A stretch of DNA of 64,000 nucleotides from an uncultured Gemmatimonadota bacterium. GTDB taxonomy: Bacteria > JAAXHH01. A program made the translations under genes and the position numbers. Shown here piece after piece: positions 26,165-35,428 of the stretch; within the stretch, counting starts at the first letter, position 1, and each line of letters begins with the position of its first letter. The stretch spans positions 2,656,001 to 2,720,000 of the forward strand of contig OX638340.1 of the NCBI GenBank assembly GCA_951812955.1, given 5' to 3'. The notes beneath the pieces were generated by a model. That model saw nothing but the letters and a program-made list of their open reading frames with translations, searched no databases and had not been told where the DNA came from.

Positions 26165-28120
26165 TCAGTTGAATATGATGTGCCCCGTTATGCCCGTCAA
26201 TCCATCTATGATGACCCATAGGCCTGCGCTGACGAACTCGCCGAGAATCAGCCCCAGGAAGAAGGGCAGCATCTTCCGATAGATGTCGATCCCACCGTAC
26301 TTGAGGATGAGTCCCTTGATCATCCAGGCGAGGAATATGGAAAACCACGCGGTGAGGAGCGGGGCGGAGGCGCCAACGGGAAATCCGATGAAATGGAGGG
26401 GCCACCAGATGAACTTCTGCCTCACGTACATAAGCGCCCACATGATGGTAGCGCCCAGACCGAAGAAGAACCATCGCCCGGCGGGTTCGGACGTGGAGGT
26501 GATGGTGGTCGCATAGTAGCTGAACCGGTTCTGCTGAAGCTCTCCGAAGAACTGCCAGTTGAGGTTGATGCCGCCGTGTTCATAGGCCAGGTACATGACC
26601 GTGTAGATCGAGCTGGCCAGGCTGCACAGGATGGCCAGGCCGATGGCCGCGGTGAGCCAGCGCTGGTTCCGGATCTTCGCCGTATCGGCCAGTTTCAGGC
26701 CGTTGACCATTGAGGGCATGATGAGCGTTCGGGTGTGGGTGAACCAGAACTTGGTCAATCCGATGGCCACCAGGTTGCGCGCGCCGACGAAGGGGCCGGT
26801 GAATCCGTGGATCATGAACTCCTGGGGATTGAAGGTCTCCGCGAAGATCACGCCCCCTTCCGCCACGATCCGCGCGAAGCCGACGTAGACCGCGAGTACC
26901 AGGATCAGCAGAATGATGGCCAGCCAGGCGGAGAGGCCGATCATCCATAGCCAACCGAGCAGGAACAGGACGCCCAGTCCCCCGCCGATCACGGCGAAAC
27001 GGTAGGAAAGGCATTCGTTGGAGTCGTCCGGCTCGCCGCCTCCGCGGAACGCCTTGCCCAGGATCTCGCGGATATGCGCCCGGGCCAGCCAGAGACTGAA
27101 CAGGGCGAGGACCATCAGCGCGCCGAACATCTGGTATTCACCCGGCAAGGTGGTACTGCCCGCCAGGTCCACGCCGAAGCTCGCGTTTACCAGGTTTTGC
27201 AATCGCCCGATGAGAAAGAAGAGCCACAGGCTGAATGAAATCTCGAGACTGAGCAGATAGGCGAAGCCCACCAGCGGGAACGACAGGTTGATGGGCAGCA
27301 CCAGCTGGTTGTTGAAGAGCCCGATGGTCTCCTGGAAGTAAATTGTCGGGAAAAAGTAGATATAGTTGTGTACGGCGTTCCAGGCGTTGATCAGGAAGGG
27401 AATGGCGAACCCCGCCCACATGATCCGGTTCCGGAAGAACGACGCAAGGCGGGAACTCGACCCATCCTCTCCCGGATCGATCATCTCGGCGGGCAGCTTG
27501 ACCAGGGGGAAGACGAGACGTTCCCGTTCCACCCATTGCTTGCGCAGGATTACGGTGATGCAGAACACCACGAAATATAGCACCAGGACGAAACTCAGCC
27601 AGGCGGCCAGGGGTACGGCCCATTCGCCCCAGGGGATGCTCCCGCCCCGGGGCAGGCCTTCGAAGAACGATCGCACCGCCTCGGAGTCCTGGGGCATCAG
27701 CCAGGGCTCGACATGGGGCCCCACGGTCTCGAGCCAGCGGTTCTCCGGCGTGGCGTAGTACATGGAGGCCATGGCCGGCAGGAGGACCTCGGTCAGGCCG
27801 TAAGACGGGATGGCCGACGCGATGAGCGACATGATGTAGACGACGGCCAGTTCGCCCTGCGTGAGCGCGTGGCCCGGCGACCAGGTCCGCAGCAGCGTGT
27901 TCACGATTCCGACGAGGACGGCAAAGAGGAAGACCACGCCGATTGGGGTGAAGTTGCTGCCCAGGTACGATCCCTGGATGATCATATTGGAATAGGGATC
28001 GGCGATACCCAGGATCAACGAGCAGGCCATCCCCACGGCCACGGCGCGAGGGGTGACCATCTCCCTCGGCGTAGATACGTGATGTTCATCCCGGGATGTA
28101 ACTGGACGGGGGACCGACAT
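26165..28120 (-). CDS. Large polytopic membrane protein of unknown function (651 aa); paralog 1 of 3
   Basis: At least 12 predicted TM helices. Shares length and conserved blocks (TPRAVA..., ATPEN(R/Q)W, YYWGLP, PIPW, ERL(V/S)(F/Y)PL) with 42952-44907 and 44998-46953. Lies immediately upstream of the sialidase gene. Confidence 0.65.
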   Translation of the reverse strand: MSVPRPVTSRDEHHVSTPREMVTPRAVAVGMACSLILGIADPYSNMIIQGSYLGSNFTPIGVVFLFAVLVGIVNTLLRTWSPGHALTQGELAVVYIMSLIASAIPSYGLTEVLLPAMASMYYATPENRWLETVGPHVEPWLMPQDSEAVRSFFEGLPRGGSIPWGEWAVPLAAWLSFVLVLYFVVFCITVILRKQWVERERLVFPLVKLPAEMIDPGEDGSSSRLASFFRNRIMWAGFAIPFLINAWNAVHNYIYFFPTIYFQETIGLFNNQLVLPINLSFPLVGFAYLLSLEISFSLWLFFLIGRLQNLVNASFGVDLAGSTTLPGEYQMFGALMVLALFSLWLARAHIREILGKAFRGGGEPDDSNECLSYRFAVIGGGLGVLFLLGWLWMIGLSAWLAIILLILVLAVYVGFARIVAEGGVIFAETFNPQEFMIHGFTGPFVGARNLVAIGLTKFWFTHTRTLIMPSMVNGLKLADTAKIRNQRWLTAAIGLAILCSLASSIYTVMYLAYEHGGINLNWQFFGELQQNRFSYYATTITSTSEPAGRWFFFGLGATIMWALMYVRQKFIWWPLHFIGFPVGASAPLLTAWFSIFLAWMIKGLILKYGGIDIYRKMLPFFLGLILGEFVSAGLWVIIDGLTGITGHIIFN

Positions 28121-28388
28121 GGAGGAGCCTTTCGGGCCGGCACGTGGCGTACGTCTCGCGGTCGGTCATCGGGGACGACCGGTGAAGGAAAAGGGTATAG
28201 CGTCGGGAAAGCCGATGTCAAGTTGATTGTCCGTGTGCCGGGGGCAGGTTGTCCCGTGTCAAGCATGTCGGCGTGCTCCTTTCTCGGCTTACTCGGTGCG
28301 GTGGGTGCGGCCGGCGGTACCCGGTTGCCTCCGGTGAACACGAAGATAGACTTGACGCTGCCCTTCTCCTCGCATACGGTTGTAGCCT

Positions 28389-29204
28389 ATGATGCTCACC
28401 AGTTTCCAGAATCCCCGGGTCAAGGCGATTCGGGCTCTTTCGCGGCGTAAAAACCGTCGGGAGACCGGGTTGTTCTTCGCGGAAGGCATCCGGCTCGCGG
28501 GCGAGGCCGTGCAGACCGGGGCGGACATCGAAACGCTCGTGGTCGCTCCGGAACTGCTGCGCAGCGATTTCGGACAAGATACGGTGCGCCGCGCGGAGCA
28601 GGATGGTGTCGAGACGCTGAACGTCAGCACCGCGGTGTTTCAGACGCTTTCGATGAAGGACGGCCCGCAGGGTATCGGGGCTGTCGTCCGGCAAAGGTGG
28701 ACCGCGCTCGACGAGGTGAGCGCGGACGACTTGGCGCCTGGCAAGACACTCGGCTGGGTGGTTCTCGAGGACGTGGGCAACCCGGGCAACCTGGGTTCGA
28801 TCCTGCGCACGAGTGAGGCGGTGGGTGGGTCCGGTGTCATCCTGCTGGGTGATACGGCGGACCCATACGATCCTGCATCGGTACGTGGCAGTATGGGGTC
28901 CATTTTCACGCAGCGGGTCGTTCGAACCTCGCTCGAATCCCTGATCGACTGGCAGAACGAGACCGATCTTCCGATGGTCGGCGCGTCAGACGCCGCGACG
29001 GTCGATTACCGGGATGCCGAATATGCCCCACCCATCCTCCTGTGCCTGGGTAGCGAACAACACGGTCTGTCTGAAATCCAACGCGCCGCCTGCGATCAGG
29101 TCGTACGCATTCCCATGGTCGGCCGGGCCGATTCCCTGAACCTGGCCGTGGCTGCCGGCGTGCTGCTGTACGATGTTTTCAATTGGGCGCGTGGTGCGGA
29201 CTGA
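28389..29204 (+). CDS. TrmH/SpoU-family RNA 2'-O-methyltransferase
   Basis: VVLEDVGNPGNLGSILRTSEAVGGSGVIL and ...LCLGSEQHGLS...IPMVGRADSLNLAVAAGVLLY are the SPOUT motifs. Confidence 0.8.
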   Translation: MMLTSFQNPRVKAIRALSRRKNRRETGLFFAEGIRLAGEAVQTGADIETLVVAPELLRSDFGQDTVRRAEQDGVETLNVSTAVFQTLSMKDGPQGIGAVVRQRWTALDEVSADDLAPGKTLGWVVLEDVGNPGNLGSILRTSEAVGGSGVILLGDTADPYDPASVRGSMGSIFTQRVVRTSLESLIDWQNETDLPMVGASDAATVDYRDAEYAPPILLCLGSEQHGLSEIQRAACDQVVRIPMVGRADSLNLAVAAGVLLYDVFNWARGAD

Positions 29205-29315
29205 CCGATTCCGTTTAATCGAGTTTTGCTTGTCATGATCGCGCCGGCCGGGTTATTATACCGTTCTGACTTTCGCAATCACAGGATACTCAATCTACAA
29301 CAAAGAGGTCGACCC

Positions 29316-30476
29316 ATGCCAGTTACCCGCCGCGCTTTCCTGGAAACCTCCGCCCTCGCGTTGACCGGTCTGGCCGCGTCCGCGAAGGCACACGCCGACA
29401 CTGCACCCCAGGATACGAGTTCTGTCCTCGCTCCGCCGACGGTAGTCGCGTCGCGTAACGGTATTCGCGGCGTCAGGAAGGCCTACGAGATGATGACGCA
29501 GGACCAGGCCGACCCACTCGACGCGGTCATCGCCGGCGTGAACATCCAGGAGCTGGACCCCAATGACCAGTCCGTAGGGTACGGGGGCCGTCCCAACGCG
29601 GACGGTGTCGTTACCCTGGACGCATCCGTCATGCACGGACCCACCCGGCGGGCCGGTTCGGTCGCCGCGCTGGAGGACATAGCCTCGGCGTCGTTGGTGG
29701 CCAAGGCGATCATGGACTATACCGATCACATCATGCTGGTCGGAAAAGGCGCGAAGCGCTTTGCCCTCGGCCTGGGATTCAAGGAACAGGACCTGTTGTC
29801 CGAGGAGAGCAGGCAGGACTGGCTGCGCTGGCGGTCCCAGCTCAGTCCGGACGACGACTGGCTGGACCATGAGGACGACATCGTGATCGATCGGCCGGGC
29901 GGCACGATCAACATGTGCGGGGTGGACGCCAACGGCGACATCGGCAGCGTAACGACCACGAGCGGCCTGTCCTGGAAGATCCCGGGCCGCGTGGGCGACA
30001 GCCCCATAATCGGTACGGGGCAGTACTGCGACAACGACGTGGGCGCTGCCGGGTCCACGGGCCGAGGCGAAGCGAACATCAAGGTATGCGGGGCCTTTCT
30101 GACCGTGGAATTCATGCGGCAAGGCAAGTCACCCCAGGAAGCCTGTCTGGCTACGCTCGAGCGGGCCGTGGCCATGACGGAGGACCGGCTGCTGGACGGC
30201 AAGGGCCGCCCCCTATTCAGCCTGAACTTCTACGCCGTGTCCAAGGACGGCCGGTTCGGCGGGGCGACCATGTACCAGTACCCGGACGAGTATCTCGAGG
30301 TGCTGCCGGGACGGGGCAATTACGCCGTGGCCAACGCGGATGGCGCCCGCCACGTGCCTCTACAGTACGTGTACGACCAGACGCAGCTTCCCGGATCGCT
30401 GAAGGACCGGATGATGGAGCGCGTGGAGCGGATCAGGAAGGAACGAGCCGAGATGGAAAACCAGGAGAACCAATAG
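29316..30476 (+). CDS. N4-(beta-N-acetylglucosaminyl)-L-asparaginase (glycosylasparaginase; Ntn-hydrolase) with a Tat signal peptide
   Basis: MPVTRRAFLETSALALTGLAASAKAHA is a twin-arginine signal. GGTINMCGVDANGDIGSVTTTSGLSWKIPGRVGDSPIIGTGQY closely parallels the aspartylglucosaminidase autoproteolytic and catalytic Thr region. The track ORF start at 29226 is an N-terminal over-extension. Confidence 0.8.
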   Translation: MPVTRRAFLETSALALTGLAASAKAHADTAPQDTSSVLAPPTVVASRNGIRGVRKAYEMMTQDQADPLDAVIAGVNIQELDPNDQSVGYGGRPNADGVVTLDASVMHGPTRRAGSVAALEDIASASLVAKAIMDYTDHIMLVGKGAKRFALGLGFKEQDLLSEESRQDWLRWRSQLSPDDDWLDHEDDIVIDRPGGTINMCGVDANGDIGSVTTTSGLSWKIPGRVGDSPIIGTGQYCDNDVGAAGSTGRGEANIKVCGAFLTVEFMRQGKSPQEACLATLERAVAMTEDRLLDGKGRPLFSLNFYAVSKDGRFGGATMYQYPDEYLEVLPGRGNYAVANADGARHVPLQYVYDQTQLPGSLKDRMMERVERIRKERAEMENQENQ

Positions 30477-30486
30477 AGGGTTTCAT

Positions 30487-31282
30487 GGTACTGAATGACC
30501 AGCAGATCGCCGCGTTCGAGGAATCGGGCTACCTGTTCTTTTCCGGATTACTCGACGAAGAGGAAGTGAAGACGCTGCAGGAGGCGGTTCCGGAAGTGCT
30601 AAGCCGCCAGGGACCCGAGGTGGTACGGGAGAAGGACGATCCCACGGCCGCCCGGCTGGCTTTCGGAGCGCATACCTATTCCGAGCCCTTCGGACGCCTG
30701 GCGCGGCTTCCCCGGCTGATGGACCCGGTCCGCCAGTTGGTGGGAGACGAGGTCTATCTCCACCAGACTCGCATGAATCCCAAGCAGGGCTTCGGAAGCG
30801 GGGCATCGTGGACGTGGCACCAGGATTATCCATCGTGGTACAAGGTGGACGGCATGCCCGAACCGAATTGCATCATGGCGTCGGTATTCATCGACGACTG
30901 CACGCCGGTCACATCTCCGCTCATGATCATTCCGGGGTCCCACCGATGGGGGCTGCTAAACTCGGAACTCCACGCTGACGCCAAAGGCCGGGGTTATCAC
31001 CTGTTTAACATCGACCGACCGACCCTGGAGCAGCTGGCCGACGAGCACGGCATCGAGCCGCTGATCGGCCCGGCGGGCTCGGTCGCCCTGATCCACAGCA
31101 ACATCGTCCACGGCTCTGCCGACAACGTATCGCCCTGGCGCAGGGCCATCTTCTACCTGATCTACAACGCGGTCGGCAACGCGTGCACTCGAGAGGTCCG
31201 GCCCTGGTACCAGAATAACCGGGACTTCACGCCCCTGGAACCGATCGAAGACGACGGGTTGCGGGTCCTCTCGACAGCCTGA
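30487..31282 (+). CDS. Phytanoyl-CoA dioxygenase (PhyH)-family Fe(II)/2-oxoglutarate dioxygenase, ectoine-hydroxylase-like
   Basis: WTWHQDYPSWYKVDGMPEP resembles the EctD signature (WHSDFETWH-EDGMP). ...LIHSNIVHGSADN has the distal His. The track ORF 29915-31282 is an over-extension; the ATG at 30487 follows the previous gene's stop. Confidence 0.7.
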
Positions 31283-31410
31283 TTCGCCGGGCCTGGCCCC
31301 TGTCGCCCGGAACCAGGCCACTTTCTCAGGTTGGGAACCTACCGGTCCGGGATCAGCACCCAGGCCGCCGCGCCTCCCAGTCATCCCGCCGCCCAGTCCG
31401 CCCCTGCCGG

Positions 31411-32397
31411 TTAGTCCGCCGCATTCGCCGCCTGGATCGCGGCATGGATGTACCCGTAGGCGTAGGCGAATCCCACCTGGCCCGCCTCGGGTCCTGAAAT
31501 CCCGGGCACGTGATCGGGCATGATCATGTACTCGTACCCCACTTCTTTGTAGGTACGCATCGCCTTCAGCATATCGACGTCGCCCTCGTCGGGGAACACC
31601 TCCACGAAGTTGTTCAGCCGACCCTTGATGTTCCGGAAGTGGACGTTGAAGATCTTCTTCCTGCTGCCGAAATATCGGATCACGTCGTAGATCTCCTCCG
31701 AGGGGTTCTCCAGGCTTTCCGACATGCAACCCTGGCAGAAGTTCAGCCCGTTGTAGGGACTGTCATAGAGTTCGATCAGTTTCTTGAAGCCGTCCGACAT
31801 CCCCAGCACGCGGGCGACACCGCGGTACGTCCGGCCGTGCCCGATGCCCGGGTCCGACGGATGGCAGGCCATCTGGACCTTGTATTCTTCGGCCACGGGG
31901 ATGATCGTCTTCAGCCAGTGATCGATGCGTTCCCACATTTCGTCTTCATCGGCGGGCCCCCCTTCGAATTCGGGTCTGCCCTGGTCGAGCTTGTCGTATT
32001 CGAAGGTCGACAGCTTCGCTTCGCCGCGGCCATACTTGGGCTCGGTACGCAGATGGCCCAGCAGCGTGATGTTGTAGTTCAGTCCCCGTATTCCGGCTTC
32101 GGAGGCCATGCGCACGGTCTCGCACATGCGGTCCAGCGCACGGTCCCGCTCATCGCTCTTTCCCAGAAATATGGCTCCAGCTTCGTTGTCGAAGGCACTG
32201 GCGGAACCCAGGGGGATATGGATCATCTCCAGGTTGATCCCGTACCGGTCGAACCGTTCACGCTGGGCTTTGAGCAAGTCGGCCGTCCACTCGGACCAGG
32301 GCTCCGAAGGCGTCTGGTCCACGTTGAACACGCCGAGTTGGGCCAGGACCTCGATATCCGTGTCGTTTCTGCACCGGGTCTGTGTTCCGATGTACAT
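31411..32397 (-). CDS. uxuA: Mannonate dehydratase
   Basis: Collinear with the UxuA family, including QMACHPSDPG (MACHPDDPP in E. coli UxuA) and MIMPDHVP. Confidence 0.85.
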   Translation of the reverse strand: MYIGTQTRCRNDTDIEVLAQLGVFNVDQTPSEPWSEWTADLLKAQRERFDRYGINLEMIHIPLGSASAFDNEAGAIFLGKSDERDRALDRMCETVRMASEAGIRGLNYNITLLGHLRTEPKYGRGEAKLSTFEYDKLDQGRPEFEGGPADEDEMWERIDHWLKTIIPVAEEYKVQMACHPSDPGIGHGRTYRGVARVLGMSDGFKKLIELYDSPYNGLNFCQGCMSESLENPSEEIYDVIRYFGSRKKIFNVHFRNIKGRLNNFVEVFPDEGDVDMLKAMRTYKEVGYEYMIMPDHVPGISGPEAGQVGFAYAYGYIHAAIQAANAAD

Positions 32398-32547
32398 GTA
32401 ATTCCTCCAAAAATGAATGGTGATGTATTACTCGTGGTGCGTCAGGACTATGGCGCGTTAGATTCGTGTTCGTGACGCGGCTTTCATGATCTCGCCGCAG
32501 CTTGACCTCGTTCCGTCAAACCACGACTATAGCCCGGTTCTTGATCC

Positions 32548-33966
32548 TCAACCCGTTCCTTCAGCGACCTCTTCCGATTCCTTGCCAAAGAGCCGGACGC
32601 GCTTTCCGGCCAGCATGTCTCGCAGTTTGCTGCGAATCGCCCAGAGACAGGCCAGAGATGGGATCACCATCAGCGTTGTAATGACGAAGAAGGTCCCCCA
32701 GTCGCCATCGAGCCAGTCGACCATCGCGCCGGAGGAAGCCGCGAAGATGGTCCGTCCCGCCGTCCCGATCGACGCGAGCAGGGCGTACTGCGTGGCCGTG
32801 TACGTCCGGTCGACGAGCAGGGAGATGAAGGCGACGAAGGTCACGGTTGCGAAGGCGCTGGTAAGGTCGTCTACCACGACTGCGGTCGCGAACAGCAGTT
32901 CTGACCTGTCCGACCAGGCCATGGTGGCGAACAGGAGATTGGTCACCGCCATGGCGATTCCCGCGGCGAACATGGCCCGGACGAGTCCGATGCGGATCGC
33001 GAGGAAACTGCCCAGCACGGTGAAAGCCACGGTGACAACCCAGCCCAGTCCCTTGGAGTAGAGGGCGATGTCCGACTTGGAGAACCCGATCTCCTTGTAG
33101 AAAATGAGGGACATGCGTCCGAGGAAGGCCTCGCCGATCTTGAACAGGAAGATGAAACCGAGCACGGCGGCGGCGATGGCGTACCCGTTGCGCCGGAAGA
33201 AGCTGGTCAGCGGGTTGGCCACGGTGCCTGCGAACCAGGCGACGACACGGCTGTACCTGCTTGGAATATGAAGGTGGGAGATGATCTTTTCATCATCCTC
33301 CACCTGTGCCGCGATGCGTTCCGAGGCGGCGGTCTCATGTACGAAGAGGAGGCCGATGTTGCAGAGGATGACCAGGGCGCCCAGACAGAGAAAGGTGGCC
33401 TGCCAGTAGTCTTCGACGCCGGCGCCTTGAAAGGCTTCCGCTGCCTCCAGGGCGATTACGCCGCCCAGTTTGAAGCCCGTCCACCATCCGACGACGGCCG
33501 TAGCCGCCCCGGCGGCCATGGACTCGCTTTCCGTCTTGCCGATCTGCTCGATACGCAGCGCGTCGATGGCGATGTCCTGGGTGGCGGACGCGATGGCAAT
33601 GGCGAGCCCGATGGCGACCACGCCGCTGAGATCGGCCGTCGGCTGGGCGACGCTCCAGAGCACGAGGCAGGTGAGGATGACGGCCTGCAGCGCGAAGATC
33701 CACGCCCGTCGATGTCCAAGCCAGGCCGTCAACAGGGGTATCCGGACCCGATCGATCAGCGGCGCCCAGAGGAAGTTGACGGCGTAAACGGCGAAGATCA
33801 GGCTCGCCCAGCCTATCGTGGTGCGGGAAAGGCCCTCTTCCTTCAACCATAAATTGAGGCAACTGCCAATGAGCACCCAGGGAAAACCGCTGATGATGCC
33901 CAGCAGGAGGATGCGGGCCATACGGCGCTCGAAATAGATCGACAGCGATTCCAAAAAGCTCCGCAT
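32548..33966 (-). CDS. ampG: AmpG-family muropeptide MFS permease
   Basis: MRSFLESLSIYFERRMARILLLGIISGFPWVLIGSCLNLWLKEEGLSRTTIGWASLIFAVYAVNFLWAPLIDR matches the AmpG N-terminal consensus. At least 12 TM helices. The ATG at 33966 is preferred over the track start at 34221. Confidence 0.8.
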   Translation of the reverse strand: MRSFLESLSIYFERRMARILLLGIISGFPWVLIGSCLNLWLKEEGLSRTTIGWASLIFAVYAVNFLWAPLIDRVRIPLLTAWLGHRRAWIFALQAVILTCLVLWSVAQPTADLSGVVAIGLAIAIASATQDIAIDALRIEQIGKTESESMAAGAATAVVGWWTGFKLGGVIALEAAEAFQGAGVEDYWQATFLCLGALVILCNIGLLFVHETAASERIAAQVEDDEKIISHLHIPSRYSRVVAWFAGTVANPLTSFFRRNGYAIAAAVLGFIFLFKIGEAFLGRMSLIFYKEIGFSKSDIALYSKGLGWVVTVAFTVLGSFLAIRIGLVRAMFAAGIAMAVTNLLFATMAWSDRSELLFATAVVVDDLTSAFATVTFVAFISLLVDRTYTATQYALLASIGTAGRTIFAASSGAMVDWLDGDWGTFFVITTLMVIPSLACLWAIRSKLRDMLAGKRVRLFGKESEEVAEGTG

Positions 33967-34199
33967 GGGATGCTCCGAAGGGAGTTTGCTTCCGCCCCTG
34001 CCGTGGTTCGTGAAGGGCGGCGAAGACGACGGGAATGTATGCACGCGGGGCCATATCGTCAATCGAATTGAAAGCAGCGCCAGCCGCGCGAAAGCAGCGC
34101 CAGCCGCGCCCGGGCCCAGTCGCGCGCGCCCGGGAAGAACATGGCTTTCCGCCGGCGGTAGTCGTTGACAGAAAGGCGGAATATCGCTAGGATAAAGCC

Positions 34200-35069
34200 A
34201 TGTTTTCGGCTGGTACGACACGGGTGCGGTTGCCTCGGACGCTGCGGATCTGCGGCAGCATATTGGTCCTCTATGGACTGGTGTTCTGCCACTTCGGATG
34301 CGGTTCGTCTGGTTCGGAGGTGGATCCGAATGACAGAGAGGCCGTGGCCCGGGCGTTCTTGGACCAGTTGATCGAGGGCACGATCACGCCCGGAACGATC
34401 GGTTTCCACGAAGTACCCGAACAGTTCGTGCAGGATGGGAAGGCGTTGTATACCCGGTACGGCTGTACCGTGTGCCACGGCATGGACGGCCACGGGGACG
34501 GGCCGGTCGCCTATACGCTGAAGCCACCACCCCGCGACTTCAGGGACCCCGGCGCCTACCGCGTCGGCCGCGACGTGGTCACGATCGCCGGCACACTGAG
34601 GGACGGCATGCCCGACAGCCCGTCCATGGTGCCCTTCCCCCATATCAAGGACGAAGAGCGCTTCAAGATCGCCATGTACGTGGCTTCGCTGCAGCCGGCG
34701 GACGACCTGGAGATCGCCGGGACCTGGGTGCGGGCCACACCGCCGAACCGCGACGTTACCGCCGCCTACCTGGTGATCAAGAACCGGTCGGACCGGACCC
34801 GGGAATTGCTGTCCGTCGAGACGCCGGCCGCTGAATACACGGAACTGCATACCATGCGGTACGTAGACGACATGATGGAGATGGAAAAGATTGAACGCCT
34901 GGTGGTTCCAGCGCAGGGCGAGGCGGCATTGAAGCCTGGCGGAAACCACATCATGTTGTTCGGTGTGAAACGACAGATGGTGGAAGGCGATTCGGTATCC
35001 CTGACTCTGCGTTTCGCCGACCAGTCGACCCGGAACATTGTGGCCGAAGTGTTGAAAAGCAAACCATAG
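34200..35069 (+). CDS. Cytochrome c (CxxCH) - PCu(A)C copper chaperone fusion lipoprotein
   Basis: Lipobox LVFCHFGCGS. CTVCHG heme-binding motif. C-terminal PCuAC motifs ...ELHTMRY...MMEME...NHIMLFG (H(M)X10MX21HXM-type). Confidence 0.7.
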   Translation: MFSAGTTRVRLPRTLRICGSILVLYGLVFCHFGCGSSGSEVDPNDREAVARAFLDQLIEGTITPGTIGFHEVPEQFVQDGKALYTRYGCTVCHGMDGHGDGPVAYTLKPPPRDFRDPGAYRVGRDVVTIAGTLRDGMPDSPSMVPFPHIKDEERFKIAMYVASLQPADDLEIAGTWVRATPPNRDVTAAYLVIKNRSDRTRELLSVETPAAEYTELHTMRYVDDMMEMEKIERLVVPAQGEAALKPGGNHIMLFGVKRQMVEGDSVSLTLRFADQSTRNIVAEVLKSKP

Positions 35070-35212
35070 TACCTACAATATGTTGTGTGTAGTAGTGGAA
35101 AAAAGTACAACATGCTTGTCTAATAGGATTTATTTGGGATTTCACACCACAAACAACTATCTTATAGATACTTCCTCAATTCCGTATACCTATCCCCCTA
35201 GGGAGTATGTAC

Positions 35213-35404
35213 ATGCCTCGATCTGAGTCCAAACGCGTACAAGAACATGAAGCCATGCTCCAAGAAGCACTATCCCGTCCTGGTGTTAAAGAGGTCATGG
35301 AGGTTTATAGAGGATGGCTAGAATCAGACCAGGGAATGACCCCATATCGTGTGGCTACTAAGGAACCTCATCGGATCACGACAACTAATTCCACTAATCA
35401 ATAA
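35213..35404 (+). CDS. Small hypothetical protein (~64 aa), companion of the SDH-type protease; has a PGVKE motif; low-GC island 2
   Basis: MPRSESKRVQEHEAMLQEALSRPGVKEVMEVYRGWLES... has an AGGGAG RBS 7 nt upstream of the ATG at 35213. Aligns with the 24661-24882 product. Confidence 0.4.
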   Translation: MPRSESKRVQEHEAMLQEALSRPGVKEVMEVYRGWLESDQGMTPYRVATKEPHRITTTNSTNQ

Positions 35405-35428
35405 ACAGTGTGACGCGGGAGCTATTCG

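Noticed and set aside
31283-31410. Bidirectional terminator between the PhyH-family gene and uxuA (CCGGGC...GCCCGG and GGCCTGG...CCAGGCC stems)
   Set aside because: The stems are short (6-7 bp) and have long loops. There is no U-tract on either strand, so this is not strong enough to call.
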